This document shows positions 29,464-40,242 of a stretch of 64,000 bases of DNA, in pieces. Each line of letters starts with the position of its first letter. Positions within the stretch are counted from its first letter, which is position 1. This DNA comes from Candidatus Zixiibacteriota bacterium (GTDB taxonomy: Bacteria; Zixibacteria; MSB-5A5; UBA10806; 4484-95), in contig JBBIRK010000004.1 of the NCBI GenBank assembly GCA_037441845.1, positions 191,074 to 255,073 on the forward strand, in the 5' to 3' direction. A program made the translations under genes and the position numbers. The notes under the pieces were generated by a model, which searched no databases, was not told the DNA's origin, and saw nothing but the letters and a program-made list of their open reading frames with translations.

Positions 29464-30249
29464 ATGGACAATATATCGGCTATCATTCTCGGACTTGTTC
29501 AGGGTCTGACCGAATTTCTGCCCGTATCGAGTTCGGGTCATCTCGTATTGGCGGAAAGGCTGATCGGTATCCGCGCCTCGACCGAGCTGACATTCGAGGT
29601 TTTACTGCACCTCAGCACGGTTTTAGCGGTCGTCATTTATTTCAGAGAACGTCTTGGCCGATTGCTCATCGGTTTGCTGAAGCCAACCGAAAGCGATAAT
29701 TGGCCCCAGCTAAAGCTGGCCGGAACGATTGCGATCGCAACCATACCGGCGGCGGTAGTCGGGTTGCTGTTCGAAAAAAGAGTCGAACAGACGTTCAATT
29801 CGCCGCGCCTTACGGCGTTGTTCCTTATTTTCACGGGCGTTATTCTCTTGGCCACAGGGGCCATAAAAAAGGGAAATGAAAATATCGGTTATAAATCCGG
29901 ATTCATAATCGGGGTTGCTCAGGCGTTCGCCTTGTTGCCCGGCATATCCCGATCCGGCATGACCATTTCGGCGGGCTTGTTTCAAAAAATCAGGCCCGCT
30001 GAAGCCGCCGAGTTTTCGTTTTTAATCTCTCTTCCTGCTGTTATCGGAGCAATAATCCTGAAATCGTTCAAATTGCTTTCCTCTTATCAATCAGGTGAAA
30101 TGGATCATTATCTTCTCGGCTGCATCGCCGCTTTCGTCTCCGGATATCTGTCGATCGCGTTTCTGCTGAAGATAGTGGGCAAAGGCAAATTCTTTTATTT
30201 CGGGCTGTATTGCTTGGCTGTCGGATTGATCGGAATTATTTTTATATGA
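29464..30249 (+). CDS. uppP: undecaprenyl-diphosphate phosphatase
   Basis: GLVQGLTEFLPVSSSGH, ALLPGISRSG.T, AAEFSF. Confidence 0.97.
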   Translation: MDNISAIILGLVQGLTEFLPVSSSGHLVLAERLIGIRASTELTFEVLLHLSTVLAVVIYFRERLGRLLIGLLKPTESDNWPQLKLAGTIAIATIPAAVVGLLFEKRVEQTFNSPRLTALFLIFTGVILLATGAIKKGNENIGYKSGFIIGVAQAFALLPGISRSGMTISAGLFQKIRPAEAAEFSFLISLPAVIGAIILKSFKLLSSYQSGEMDHYLLGCIAAFVSGYLSIAFLLKIVGKGKFFYFGLYCLAVGLIGIIFI

Positions 30250-31259
30250 AAAAAGTCCTGGTCATCCGTTTCAGTTCGCTGGGGGATGTAATATTGACCT
30301 CGCCGGTGGTCGAGACTCTTGCTATCGAGCGGGGATTCCATGTCGATTTTCTGACGAAAGAATTTTATCGCCCGGTAGTTCAGATGTTTCCAGGAGTCTC
30401 TGAGGTTATTGCCTATGGGGGCAATTATAAGACGCTTATCTCGACTTTGAAAAGCAAGCGATATGACATAGTAATCGATCTTCAGAAGAATCCACGCAGT
30501 TTATTGATCGCGGCCGCTCTGAATCCCAGGATAGTTTGCGGGTATCCGAAACGTAAATTAAGGCGTGAAATCGCCATAAGGGGAACGCGCCTTAAGCCCC
30601 AGGCTCCGCATGTGATTGATTCGTATCTGAAATCGTTGCTGCGACTGAAAATCAAGACGTCGATTACCACGCCGCGATTGGTGGTTCCTCAATCATTGAA
30701 AGACGAGGCGACCGACTTTCTGGGCAATTACGCAGACAGACCGATTATCGGTCTCGCCCCGGGCTCGAAACATCCCGAAAAAATGTGGCTGGGATTCGCC
30801 GAACTTTCCGCAAAGATCCGTGCGGCCCTTGAGGCGACGACAGTGGTATTCGCCTCTAAGTCCGATAATCCCGAATTATCTTCGTATCGACGGTCTCCGG
30901 CTTTGAAATTCGCGATCGATTTACCGCTTGATCTGTTGGCGGCCGTTATGTCAAGATGTAAAGTCGTGATCGCAAACGATTCGGGATTGATGCATGTGGC
31001 TGCGGCCTTGTCAGTGCCGGTTATAGGTATATTCGGTCCGACTCATCCCGTCCTCGGTTTCGCGCCGAGAGGGGGAAAAACCCGTATCGTCTGCGATAAC
31101 GTCCAATGTTCTCCGTGCAGTTTACACGGCGAAAAGAAATGCCGTATGCCGGTGAAATACTGTTTCGAAAACATCACTGCCGATCGCGTGATGGGTATGC
31201 TCCTGGAGATCCTGTGTGAAACCGAAGGAAGCGTCATACTACGAAAAGCTGCCCGCTGA
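30246..31259 (+). CDS. glycosyltransferase family 9 (heptosyltransferase II-like)
   Basis: VIRFSSLGDVILT, NDSGLMHVAAA, FGPT, CSPC...C...C. Confidence 0.9.
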   Translation: MKKVLVIRFSSLGDVILTSPVVETLAIERGFHVDFLTKEFYRPVVQMFPGVSEVIAYGGNYKTLISTLKSKRYDIVIDLQKNPRSLLIAAALNPRIVCGYPKRKLRREIAIRGTRLKPQAPHVIDSYLKSLLRLKIKTSITTPRLVVPQSLKDEATDFLGNYADRPIIGLAPGSKHPEKMWLGFAELSAKIRAALEATTVVFASKSDNPELSSYRRSPALKFAIDLPLDLLAAVMSRCKVVIANDSGLMHVAAALSVPVIGIFGPTHPVLGFAPRGGKTRIVCDNVQCSPCSLHGEKKCRMPVKYCFENITADRVMGMLLEILCETEGSVILRKAAR

Positions 31260-32202
31260 ACGTGTCCGTTGCACTTTATGTCCGGCGCGCTGCGTTATCA
31301 GCTCCGGCAGAGTCGGGCTTTGCAGAATCCGGCGGAACGAAGGCGGCATATTGTACGCCTCCGCCTATGGAGAGCTGGTTTCGTTGGCGCTTGATCCTAT
31401 CGAGAAAAAACCGCTGTATCATTTTCATCCGGGAAGTCGGATTCTCTCGACCGGGCCGAACGGCTGCAATTTTCGCTGCCCCTTTTGTCAGAACTGGAGC
31501 ATCTCGCAGCAACCGGTCAACTGCACGCATTTGTCGGCGGAGGAACTCGTCGCTTGTGCCGCACAAGGCGAATCCATTGGAATAGCGTTTACCTACACCG
31601 AACCTCTCATCTGGTTCGAATATGTTATCGACTGCGCCCGTCTACTGAAAGAAAGAGGGTTGAAGGCGGTGCTGGTTTCCAATGGATATTTCAGCGAGGC
31701 ACCCGCAAGGGAGCTGTTTCCGATGATAGATGCCGCCAATATCGATTTGAAATCCGCCTCGCCCGATTATTATCGCAAAGTATGTCGGGGTAAGCTCGAG
31801 GACGTTTTACGGACGATCCGTTTGGCCCGCGAATATGGCGTGAAAGTAGAGCTGACGAATCTACTTATTCCGGGTGACAATGACGGCGAGGAGGATATCC
31901 GTTCGATAGTCGATCTTGTCGAGCAAATAGATCCTCTAATCCCATTTCACATATCACGATATTTCCCCCATTATAAATATAGCAAGCCGCCTACTCCGTT
32001 GTTCTCGCTGTCCCTGGCCGTCGACATAGCCAGGCAAAAGCTTGCCTATGTATATCCCGGGAATTATATTGCCGAGGCGGATACGAAATGCCCGGGTTGC
32101 GGCACGGTGATTATTGCCCGCCAGGGGTACTTCATCGAATTCCCCCTGGGCAAACCTGACAAGTGCCCGGGATGCGGCCGTAAGGTCGATATTGTTTGGT
32201 GA
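31216..32202 (+). CDS. amrS: AmmeMemoRadiSam system radical SAM enzyme (second paralog, no leader)
   Basis: CTLCPARC, DPIEKKPLYHF, GCNFRCPFCQNW, AFTYTEP, AANIDLK. Confidence 0.92.
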   Translation: MKPKEASYYEKLPAERVRCTLCPARCVISSGRVGLCRIRRNEGGILYASAYGELVSLALDPIEKKPLYHFHPGSRILSTGPNGCNFRCPFCQNWSISQQPVNCTHLSAEELVACAAQGESIGIAFTYTEPLIWFEYVIDCARLLKERGLKAVLVSNGYFSEAPARELFPMIDAANIDLKSASPDYYRKVCRGKLEDVLRTIRLAREYGVKVELTNLLIPGDNDGEEDIRSIVDLVEQIDPLIPFHISRYFPHYKYSKPPTPLFSLSLAVDIARQKLAYVYPGNYIAEADTKCPGCGTVIIARQGYFIEFPLGKPDKCPGCGRKVDIVW

Positions 32203-32223
32203 AATGCAGAAAGAGGTGCGTCG

Positions 32224-33420
32224 GTGGCAGGATTGAAAATCTCATGCCGAGGTGAAAGTGTGCCAGCTTCCCCGATCAGAAAACTGATTCCGTACGCGGA
32301 AGATGCCAAGAAACGCGGCATTCATGTTTATCATTTGAATATCGGTCAGCCCGATATTGAAACTCCCGCGGAATTCTGGCAGGCGGTAAGGGAGTATTCG
32401 AAACGAGTTCTCGCCTATGGCAATTCGCAGGGGATGACTGATTATCTCGAAGCGCTGTCCGGGTATTACCGAGGAATTGGACTGCCTGTGGATCCTCAGG
32501 ATATCATTGTCACCACCGGCGGCTCGGAGGCGATAATTTTCGCTTTCAGCATAATTTGCGATCCGGGTGATGAAATCATCGTTTTCGAACCCTTTTACAC
32601 CAATTACAATGGATTCGCCGCTCAGGCGGGAATAAAGCTGCGTCCGATAACCACGACCGCGGAAATCGGTTACCGCTTACCGCCCAAAAAAGAAATTATC
32701 GCCAGGATTACGCCGAAAACCAAAGGCATCCTATACTGCAATCCTAATAACCCCACTGGCACGGTTTATACCGCCGCCGAACTCGAAATGTTAAGTGAAT
32801 TGGTCATCGAAAACGATCTGTTTCTGCTTGCCGATGAAGTCTACCGGGAGTTTATCTATGAAGGCGCCCATTTGAGCGTTATGAAGCTGGGGAAAATATC
32901 CGATCGAGCGATAATGCTGGATTCGATCAGCAAGCGTTTTTCCGCCTGCGGAGCCAGAATCGGCAATTTGGTGACCAAGAATCGCGATATTTATCGGGCG
33001 GCGCTTCACCTGGGACAGGCCCGTCTATGCCCTCCTACGCTGGAACAGGCGGGGGCGGCGGCGCTTTACTCGCTGGGGACGGCTTATTTCGAGAAAACGA
33101 TGCGGGAATATCGACGGCGCCGCGACGTGGTTTACGAAAGCTTGCAGAGTATCGACGGCGCAGTCTGCCTTAAGCCCAACGGCGCATTCTATACGATGGC
33201 CAAGCTCCCGATTGACGATGCCGAAAAATTCGCCCAATTCATGCTGACCGCATTCAACTATCGTAATAAAACGGTCATGGTCGCTCCGGGATCCGGTTTT
33301 TACGCCTCGCCGGACAAGGGCAAAGACGAGTGCCGTATCGCCTACGTTTTGAACACCGAAGATCTCAAAGACGCCATGGATATTCTTAAACGGGGAATCG
33401 AGGCATACCGGTCAAGATGA
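32224..33420 (+). CDS. PLP-dependent aminotransferase class I/II (aspartate aminotransferase-like)
   Basis: LNIGQPD, NPNNPTG, DEVYREF, DSISKRFSACGARIG. Confidence 0.92.
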   Translation: MAGLKISCRGESVPASPIRKLIPYAEDAKKRGIHVYHLNIGQPDIETPAEFWQAVREYSKRVLAYGNSQGMTDYLEALSGYYRGIGLPVDPQDIIVTTGGSEAIIFAFSIICDPGDEIIVFEPFYTNYNGFAAQAGIKLRPITTTAEIGYRLPPKKEIIARITPKTKGILYCNPNNPTGTVYTAAELEMLSELVIENDLFLLADEVYREFIYEGAHLSVMKLGKISDRAIMLDSISKRFSACGARIGNLVTKNRDIYRAALHLGQARLCPPTLEQAGAAALYSLGTAYFEKTMREYRRRRDVVYESLQSIDGAVCLKPNGAFYTMAKLPIDDAEKFAQFMLTAFNYRNKTVMVAPGSGFYASPDKGKDECRIAYVLNTEDLKDAMDILKRGIEAYRSR

Positions 33421-34382
33421 AGGTCAGGATCGGAATCGACCTTGGGGGGTCTTTTATCAAAGCCGGGGCGGTAACCCCTGATTTGAAAATAGTTCATAAG
33501 CTGATCAAGCCCTGCAACGCCGCATCGGGGCCGGCGGCCGTAAAACGGAATCTGGTCGCGATTTGGCACAAAATAAGCGAGCATTGTCTGACTAATGGCT
33601 TTGTGCCACAATCCCTCGGTATAGGCAGTCCCGGCACGATAGCGCAGCCCACAGGTATTGTCACCGACGCTTCACCCAACATCAAGGGGTGGAGTGGTGT
33701 CTGCCTGACGAAAATTTTCGGCAAAATCGATATTCCAGTCTATGCCGACAACGATGCGAATTGCGCCGCTTTGGCTGAGTATATCTGCGGACTCGGACGA
33801 AGATATCATGACATTATTTTCATGACCATCGGCACCGGAATCGGCGGAGGTTTGATCCTCGATGGCAGGCTCATACGCGGCTCGAGTTTTTCGGCAGGTG
33901 AAATCGGACACACTGTGCTTCGGCTCAATGGTAGGCGTTGTAAATGCGGTCGGAAAGGTTGCCTTGAGGCCTATGCCAGTGTGCCGAATATGATTGATGA
34001 GGCGAAAGCCGATTTTCGGCGGCTCAAGTTACGGCCGCCGGAGACATTGACCGCTGAATCCTTATTCGCGGCTTTTAAGCAGGGAAATCGCGCCGCCGCA
34101 ATGACTATTCGGCGCAACGTGGATTATATCGGCAACGGCCTGGCGTCGATCGTGAATTTGTTAAATCCTCAGGCGGTGATTATAGGAGGAGGTTTTTCTC
34201 ATGCCGGCGGCGAATATATTGAAATGATTGCCGATGTTATCAAGAAAAGAGCATTTTTTGCGGCTGCCCGCAATCTTAAAGTAATGCGGGCCCGTCTCGG
34301 CAACGATGCCGGTTTTATAGGCGCATCATTGCTATACCGCGTGCAGCAGGACGGTTCGATAAATGTCCTTAAAAAGCGATAG
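33417..34382 (+). CDS. ROK family sugar kinase (glucokinase-like)
   Basis: GIDLGGS, NDANCAALAE, GTGIGGG, GEIGH, CKCGRKGCLE; no N-terminal HTH. Confidence 0.92.
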   Translation: MKVRIGIDLGGSFIKAGAVTPDLKIVHKLIKPCNAASGPAAVKRNLVAIWHKISEHCLTNGFVPQSLGIGSPGTIAQPTGIVTDASPNIKGWSGVCLTKIFGKIDIPVYADNDANCAALAEYICGLGRRYHDIIFMTIGTGIGGGLILDGRLIRGSSFSAGEIGHTVLRLNGRRCKCGRKGCLEAYASVPNMIDEAKADFRRLKLRPPETLTAESLFAAFKQGNRAAAMTIRRNVDYIGNGLASIVNLLNPQAVIIGGGFSHAGGEYIEMIADVIKKRAFFAAARNLKVMRARLGNDAGFIGASLLYRVQQDGSINVLKKR

Positions 34383-34554
34383 GAAGAAACGTGAATTCGT
34401 GGGGGTGATATTCCAATGCTGCAGGGTTTATTCGCGCATTTATCTGGATAAAAACAAAAAATCGTTCACGGGACATTGTCCACGTTGTGGGGCGAAATTG
34501 AATATCATGATCTCCGATCGCGGATCCGAATCTAAATTCTTTGTGGCGTCATGA
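34363..34554 (+). CDS. small putative zinc-ribbon protein
   Basis: 63 aa, FQCC..Y.RIY...G.CPRCG; overlaps the upstream gene in operon fashion. Confidence 0.65.
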   Translation: MSLKSDRKKREFVGVIFQCCRVYSRIYLDKNKKSFTGHCPRCGAKLNIMISDRGSESKFFVAS

Positions 34555-34653
34555 CGAATTTTATTGCCTTGAAGCTAATACATGATTAAATTTTCAAAAA
34601 CCGCAAATGCTGAATTGAGGGAGAAACGGCACCTGAATTTCAGGTGAATTAAT

Positions 34654-35199
34654 ATGCACGAAAGACTTTATGTAGTTCCTCTTGACGAAAGTTCAAGAAA
34701 ATACGCCGATTGGCTGTCCGGGGAGTTGTGCCGCAAGTTCACGCTCAAACCTCAATCGGGGATAGTGGCAAGACTACCTGAAGAGGCATATAACGCTCAG
34801 CATAATCAGTATTACGCAACCGCGGTATTGAGTAAACTCGAAATGCTGAAAGGATCCGACTACGAAATGATCCTTGCCGTAACCGAGGAAGATTTATTCG
34901 TGCCTAATAAAAATTTCGTCTGGGGCCAATCTAATTCTATCAGCCGCACCGCGATCGTGAGCATTAACCGAATCAGGCCCGAATATTATGGACTTCCCGA
35001 GGACGACGATCTCGTGCGAACGCGCTTACTTAACATCTCCTCTCATGAAATAGGGCATCTTCTTGGTCTTAAAAACTGCTCGAATCAGGACTGCCAAATG
35101 AACTTGGCCGAAACCATAACCGAGCTCGATAACCGCTCTTTTACTTTCTGCACCGAGTGCGTTCTTAACCTGACCTTGCCATCGAAAGTGAAAATCTAA
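34654..35199 (+). CDS. archaemetzincin (M54) family zinc metalloprotease
   Basis: QY.A, DLF...NFVWG, HEIGHLLGL.NC....CQM, FCTEC. Confidence 0.85.
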   Translation: MHERLYVVPLDESSRKYADWLSGELCRKFTLKPQSGIVARLPEEAYNAQHNQYYATAVLSKLEMLKGSDYEMILAVTEEDLFVPNKNFVWGQSNSISRTAIVSINRIRPEYYGLPEDDDLVRTRLLNISSHEIGHLLGLKNCSNQDCQMNLAETITELDNRSFTFCTECVLNLTLPSKVKI

Positions 35200-35364
35200 T
35201 CACCCTGCGCAACTCTGTTCGGTTGCCGGTGAATTATTCATCAAATCGTATCCGCATCCTTTCCTAATGAATATCAACATAATTGTCCCTGTTGGCATCG
35301 GCTCCGGCGATCTTGTATGTTTTTTCTTGCATCTAATTTTCGATGGTGTTATTAATTGCGCCTG

Positions 35365-38300
35365 ATGGAAATCAACGAAAAGCGATATCTGGGCATCGAT
35401 ATCGGATCGATCTCCATAGCCGCTGCGGCGATCGATCGCGATAAAAACATTATCGATTTGAAGTATATCAGGCATCAGGGTATCCCCGATATGTTTTTGC
35501 GCGATTTGATATCGGAAATGTCCGCCGACCGACCGACCGTAATTCGTTTCACGGGTACCGGTGGGGAACATGCGGCGGAAATTTTCGGGGCAACCAGCGT
35601 AAACGAGATAATCGCCGCTTCCGCCGGATTCGTTGCGTTCGGTCCACCGCTCGAATCGATTATTGAAATGGGTGGGCAGGGGTCCAAATATTATTTGATC
35701 AGCGAAGGCCGGCTTGTCGATTTTTCGACCAGCGGCTTATGCGCTGCGGGAACCGGCTCATTTCTGGACCAGCAAGCGGCTCGTTTGAACATCAAAATAG
35801 AAAACGAATTCGGCGAACTCGCTCTCCGCTCGGAAAATCCGCCTCATATCGCGGGTAGATGCTCCGTATTCGCCAAATCGGACATGATTCATCATCAGCA
35901 GATCGGCACTCCTGATTACGATATTCTTGCGGGGCTTTGTCACGCGGTGGCTCGAAACTATAAAAGCACCATTTTAGGCAAAAGAATCTTGAAAAGGCCG
36001 GTGGCCTTCATCGGCGGTGTCGCTTTGAACGCGGGCGTGGTCAAGGCGTTTCGCTGCGAGCTCGGCTTGAGGATCGATGATTTCATAGTCCCGGAATATC
36101 CTCTGCATTATACGGCGTTGGGGGCCGCTTTGAAAGCCCTTGAGGAAGGTGCTGCGGAGCACCGACCGATCATACTTAATTTCAGTGACGGGAAAACCAT
36201 ATCGTCGAAGGGCGAACCACCGCTGCAATTCGACAAGCCGACCACGAAACATTATGCGGTTACATCGGCGGGCGGCAAAATAACTTCCGAAAAAGGATAT
36301 CTCGGAATCGACATCGGTTCGTTATCCACTAACATAGTCGTTATCGATTCTGCGGGCAATGTGATGGCTCGCCGGTATCTGATGACCGAGGGTAGGCCGA
36401 TTAAAACGGTGCAAAAAGGGCTGAAAGAGATAGCCGCCGAACTTGATGGAAAAGTGGAAATCGTCGGCGTAGGCACCACCGGATCGGGCAGATACCTTAT
36501 CGGCGAAATCGTAGGGGCCGATATAGTCCGCAATGAGATAACCGCCCAGGCGACCGCCGCAGTGTTTTTCGAACCCGAAGTCGATACCATTTTCGAAATC
36601 GGCGGGCAGGATTCCAAATACATAAGCGTCGAAAACGGCGTGGTCGTCGATTTTGAGATGAACAAAGCGTGCGCCGCCGGAACCGGCTCATTTCTTCAAG
36701 AACAGGCCGAGCGGTTGAGCATTTCTATCGAAAACGATTTCGGCGAGCTTGCCTTGAAGTCCTGTAATCCGGTCGGCTGCGGCGAAAGATGCACCGTGTT
36801 CATCGAATCGGACATCATCAGCCGGCAGCAGCAAGGGGCGCCCAGAGAAGACCTGGTTGCCGGCCTGGCGTATTCTATAGTGCGGAATTATTTGAATAAG
36901 GTGGTGGGAAGGCGGCGCATCGGCGACAAAATCCTGTTCCAGGGCGGGGTGGCCTGGAACAAGGGAGTGGTCGCCGCATTCGAAAACGTTACGGGCAAAG
37001 AGATCATCGTCCCGCCTCATCATGATGTAACCGGTGCGATCGGTGCGGCCATTCTGGCTGCCGAAAATGTGAAAGGTAAAACCAAATTCAAAGGATTCGG
37101 AGTCGCCGACGTAAATTTCATTCAGGAAAGTTTTATCTGCGATGATTGCGCCAACGTCTGCACCATACGCCGCATAACCGGCGACGGCGATCGCGAGTTG
37201 TATTACGGCTCCCGCTGCGAAAAATACGATGCGCGTAAAGCCGGTGATTCGAAGAAGTCGACCGTAAATCCGGTCGAATGGCGCAACAATCAGCTTTTCC
37301 GATACGGCCGAAAGCCCGGAACCAGGGAGCGGATCGGTTTGCCGCGGCTTTTGAGCAACTGGACCTTATGGCCGTTCTGGAGCACGTTTTTCAACGAACT
37401 CGGCTTCAGAGTCGTGCCATCATCCAAAACCAACCAGACCATTATCCGAAAAGGCGCCGAGGTGGTGGGATCGGAAACATGTTTCCCGGTAAAAGTCGCC
37501 CATGGCCATATATTGAATCTTCTCGAGAAGAATGTCGATCATATCTTTTTACCGTCGATTATAAATATGCCGAAATTGGATGAGGAGCAAAGCGAAAGTT
37601 ACCTTTGCCCTTATGTCCAATCGATTCCATATTTGGCCGGCGCGGTTCTCGGAGAAAAAGCGGAATATAAAAAAGTTATCTCGCCGACCATTTATTTCGG
37701 CTATGGCCGGCCTCTCTTGGAAAAGCAGGTTATCGATGCAGCGCGCAGTCTGAATTGCAGTGCCGAAATCGCCCGAAAAGCGCTCGAAAGCGCAGAACGG
37801 GCTCAAGCCGAATTCGCTACAATTCTCCTCGAGCAAGGCAAAAAAATACTTGCCGAGGACAACCGCATAAAACTTGTGCTCGTGGGGAGACCCTATAATA
37901 CGTGCGATCCCGGCCTCAATCTCGACCTGGCGCGAAAGATAACGGATCTCAATGCGGTATGTCTTCCGCTCGATATGGTGCCGGTGGAAAATTCTCCGGT
38001 CGATGAAACCTACTGGCACTTCGGCAAAATAATAATCAGGCTTGGACGACTCATAGCCGCAAGAGACGATCTTTATGCCGTTTATATAACCAATTTCGGC
38101 TGCGGGCCGGATTCTTTCGTAACTCACGAGTTCAACGAAACAATGGGCGGAAAACCCTATCTGCAGCTCGAACTCGATGAACATTCGGCCGATGCCGGCT
38201 TGATCACCAGAATCGAAGCTTTTCTCGACAGCGTTAAAGGCAGAAAAAAAATCCGCAAAACGAGAATAGAAGTCCCCGCTACGATCACCATCAGATTCGA

Positions 38301-39486
38301 CAGGAAAGTATACATCCCTCGAATGTCCGATCAAGCTATCCTTTTTGAAGCCGCGCTCAAGCGATGCGGTGTCGATGCCGAAACTCTACCCGAATCCGAT
38401 GATGAAACCCTTCAGCTCGGCAGAAGATATACCTCAGGCAAAGAATGTTTTCCCGCGGTGGTGACGACCGGAGATTTAGTGAAGCTCGTGCAATCGAGCG
38501 GATTTGATCCCGAGAGGTCCGCCTTCTTTATGCCCTCGGCCGGCGGGCCGTGTCGTTTCGGTCAATATCATCGCCTTCATAGGCGGCTGCTGGCTAATCT
38601 TGGCTATGCCGGCGTGCCGATCTACTCCCCGCATTCGGCTAATTCGTATAACGATTTTCCGGGAGCCAAAGAAGGTTTTCGCAAGATAGCCTGGAGAGGA
38701 TTCATTTTCGGCGATTATCTTTTCAAAATATACCTGTCGGCCAGGGCGCGCGTAAAAGATAAAAGCATACCCGAAAAAATCTTTCGTGAGGGATTCAAGC
38801 TCGGTTGCCAGGATATCGTCTATGGCGCCAATCATCTCGATGAGATTCTCCGGGAATATTCAATCATGCTCAGCCGGGTCGACGATGGAATCAGACCAAA
38901 AGTGAAGATCGGTGTGGTCGGCGAAATCTATATCCGAAACAACCGTTTTTCCAATAACAACCTGATCGAAAAACTCGAGCGATACGGTGCTGAAGTTTTT
39001 ATAGCGTCGTTTATCGAATGGATAGACTACACGACCTATATGTATAAGTTTCATAGCTCGATCAAGGGTAAACACGTCGATTACGTAAAAGCCTGTCTGA
39101 AAGATTATTTCCAAACCCGGGAAAAAAACAAAATAGGCGGACTCGTCGAGCATATGTTGGACGGCAACAAGGAACGGCCGGTGAGACATGCTATCGATAG
39201 CGCCCGGAAGTATTTGAGTACATCTATCGGGGGAGAGGCCGTTCTTTCCATCGGGAAGGCGATAGAATTCGTCGAGGGTGGCTGCGGCGGAATAGTGAAT
39301 TGCATGCCTTTCACCTGTATGCCGGGTAATATCACGCAGGCCATTTCCTCCCGAGTGAGTGCGGATCTCGGAAACGTGCCGTGGCTCAATATCGCCTATG
39401 AGGGACCGGGAGATCCTACGGAAGACCTGAAAATCGAAGCTTTCGTCAGTCAGGCCGCCGACTGGCTGAAAAGATCCAGAAAATAA
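35365..39486 (+). CDS. multidomain CoA-substrate-specific enzyme activase (two BadF/BadG ATPase domains plus DUF2229/dehydratase-like domains)
   Basis: two GIDIGS / GGQ.SK / CAAGTGSFL / C.VF..SD modules, ETCFPVK, FGCGPD, DEHSADAG, ECFP, PFTCMPG. Start 35356 or 35365. Confidence 0.88.
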   Translation: MEINEKRYLGIDIGSISIAAAAIDRDKNIIDLKYIRHQGIPDMFLRDLISEMSADRPTVIRFTGTGGEHAAEIFGATSVNEIIAASAGFVAFGPPLESIIEMGGQGSKYYLISEGRLVDFSTSGLCAAGTGSFLDQQAARLNIKIENEFGELALRSENPPHIAGRCSVFAKSDMIHHQQIGTPDYDILAGLCHAVARNYKSTILGKRILKRPVAFIGGVALNAGVVKAFRCELGLRIDDFIVPEYPLHYTALGAALKALEEGAAEHRPIILNFSDGKTISSKGEPPLQFDKPTTKHYAVTSAGGKITSEKGYLGIDIGSLSTNIVVIDSAGNVMARRYLMTEGRPIKTVQKGLKEIAAELDGKVEIVGVGTTGSGRYLIGEIVGADIVRNEITAQATAAVFFEPEVDTIFEIGGQDSKYISVENGVVVDFEMNKACAAGTGSFLQEQAERLSISIENDFGELALKSCNPVGCGERCTVFIESDIISRQQQGAPREDLVAGLAYSIVRNYLNKVVGRRRIGDKILFQGGVAWNKGVVAAFENVTGKEIIVPPHHDVTGAIGAAILAAENVKGKTKFKGFGVADVNFIQESFICDDCANVCTIRRITGDGDRELYYGSRCEKYDARKAGDSKKSTVNPVEWRNNQLFRYGRKPGTRERIGLPRLLSNWTLWPFWSTFFNELGFRVVPSSKTNQTIIRKGAEVVGSETCFPVKVAHGHILNLLEKNVDHIFLPSIINMPKLDEEQSESYLCPYVQSIPYLAGAVLGEKAEYKKVISPTIYFGYGRPLLEKQVIDAARSLNCSAEIARKALESAERAQAEFATILLEQGKKILAEDNRIKLVLVGRPYNTCDPGLNLDLARKITDLNAVCLPLDMVPVENSPVDETYWHFGKIIIRLGRLIAARDDLYAVYITNFGCGPDSFVTHEFNETMGGKPYLQLELDEHSADAGLITRIEAFLDSVKGRKKIRKTRIEVPATITIRFDRKVYIPRMSDQAILFEAALKRCGVDAETLPESDDETLQLGRRYTSGKECFPAVVTTGDLVKLVQSSGFDPERSAFFMPSAGGPCRFGQYHRLHRRLLANLGYAGVPIYSPHSANSYNDFPGAKEGFRKIAWRGFIFGDYLFKIYLSARARVKDKSIPEKIFREGFKLGCQDIVYGANHLDEILREYSIMLSRVDDGIRPKVKIGVVGEIYIRNNRFSNNNLIEKLERYGAEVFIASFIEWIDYTTYMYKFHSSIKGKHVDYVKACLKDYFQTREKNKIGGLVEHMLDGNKERPVRHAIDSARKYLSTSIGGEAVLSIGKAIEFVEGGCGGIVNCMPFTCMPGNITQAISSRVSADLGNVPWLNIAYEGPGDPTEDLKIEAFVSQAADWLKRSRK

Positions 39487-39657
39487 AGCTCGTTTTTTAT
39501 CTGTGAAATGTTTGTGCATTTTCATAATCCATTATCCAACAGCGAAATCCGTGATGATCTGTTCGAAAAATTAAAGCCGAATTGCTTATTCGAATTGTAT
39601 TTTTTCCGCAAGCGTAATAATATTTTGGAATAATTCGAGCTAGGGAAGCGTATCCCA

Positions 39658-40242
39658 TTGGATAAGAAGCCGGAAGAACTGGAGGAAGCCAAGGCCGAGA
39701 CGGCCGATGAGGAACTTATGGCGCAGATTGCAGCCGGTGATAAGCAGTCCTTCTCGGTTCTAATGATGCGCTACAGGCGAAAAGCTATCAGCCTGGCCCA
39801 TCGTTATGTCGGTGATTTCGATGAGGCTGAAGATATCGCGCAAGACAGTTTCGTTAAGGTTTATCAGAACGCCGGTCATTTTGATCGAAATAAACGTTTT
39901 TCAGCCTGGTTCTACACGATCCTCATAAATTCGTGCCGCGATAGAATTCGCCATGCGAAACGAAGATCCGATTTCTCGAGGCTCTATGAACAAAATAAAA
40001 AGCTTGAACCGGCAAACGATACGGAAAAACATTCGACAAATGCCGAGATGCTTCGCATAGCCATGAGTAAGTTGCCCCCTGATAAGAGGGAAATACTTTC
40101 TTTGCGATTGGCCGACGACCTGAGTTACGAGGAGATATCCGAAATTTTGAAAATAAGTACAGGCACGGTGATGTCGAGACTGTTTCGAGCCAAGAAGGAA
40201 CTGGAAAAAATCCTTATTAATATGGGGGCGTTAAAAAAATGA
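39658..40242 (+). CDS. ECF RNA polymerase sigma-70 factor
   Basis: AEDIAQDSF, FSAWFY.I..N, LSYEEISEIL..STGTVMSRLFRA. Confidence 0.93.
   Translation: MDKKPEELEEAKAETADEELMAQIAAGDKQSFSVLMMRYRRKAISLAHRYVGDFDEAEDIAQDSFVKVYQNAGHFDRNKRFSAWFYTILINSCRDRIRHAKRRSDFSRLYEQNKKLEPANDTEKHSTNAEMLRIAMSKLPPDKREILSLRLADDLSYEEISEILKISTGTVMSRLFRAKKELEKILINMGALKK

Noticed and set aside
37549..38334. 261-aa minus-strand ORF
   Set aside because: Antisense shadow of the activase gene.
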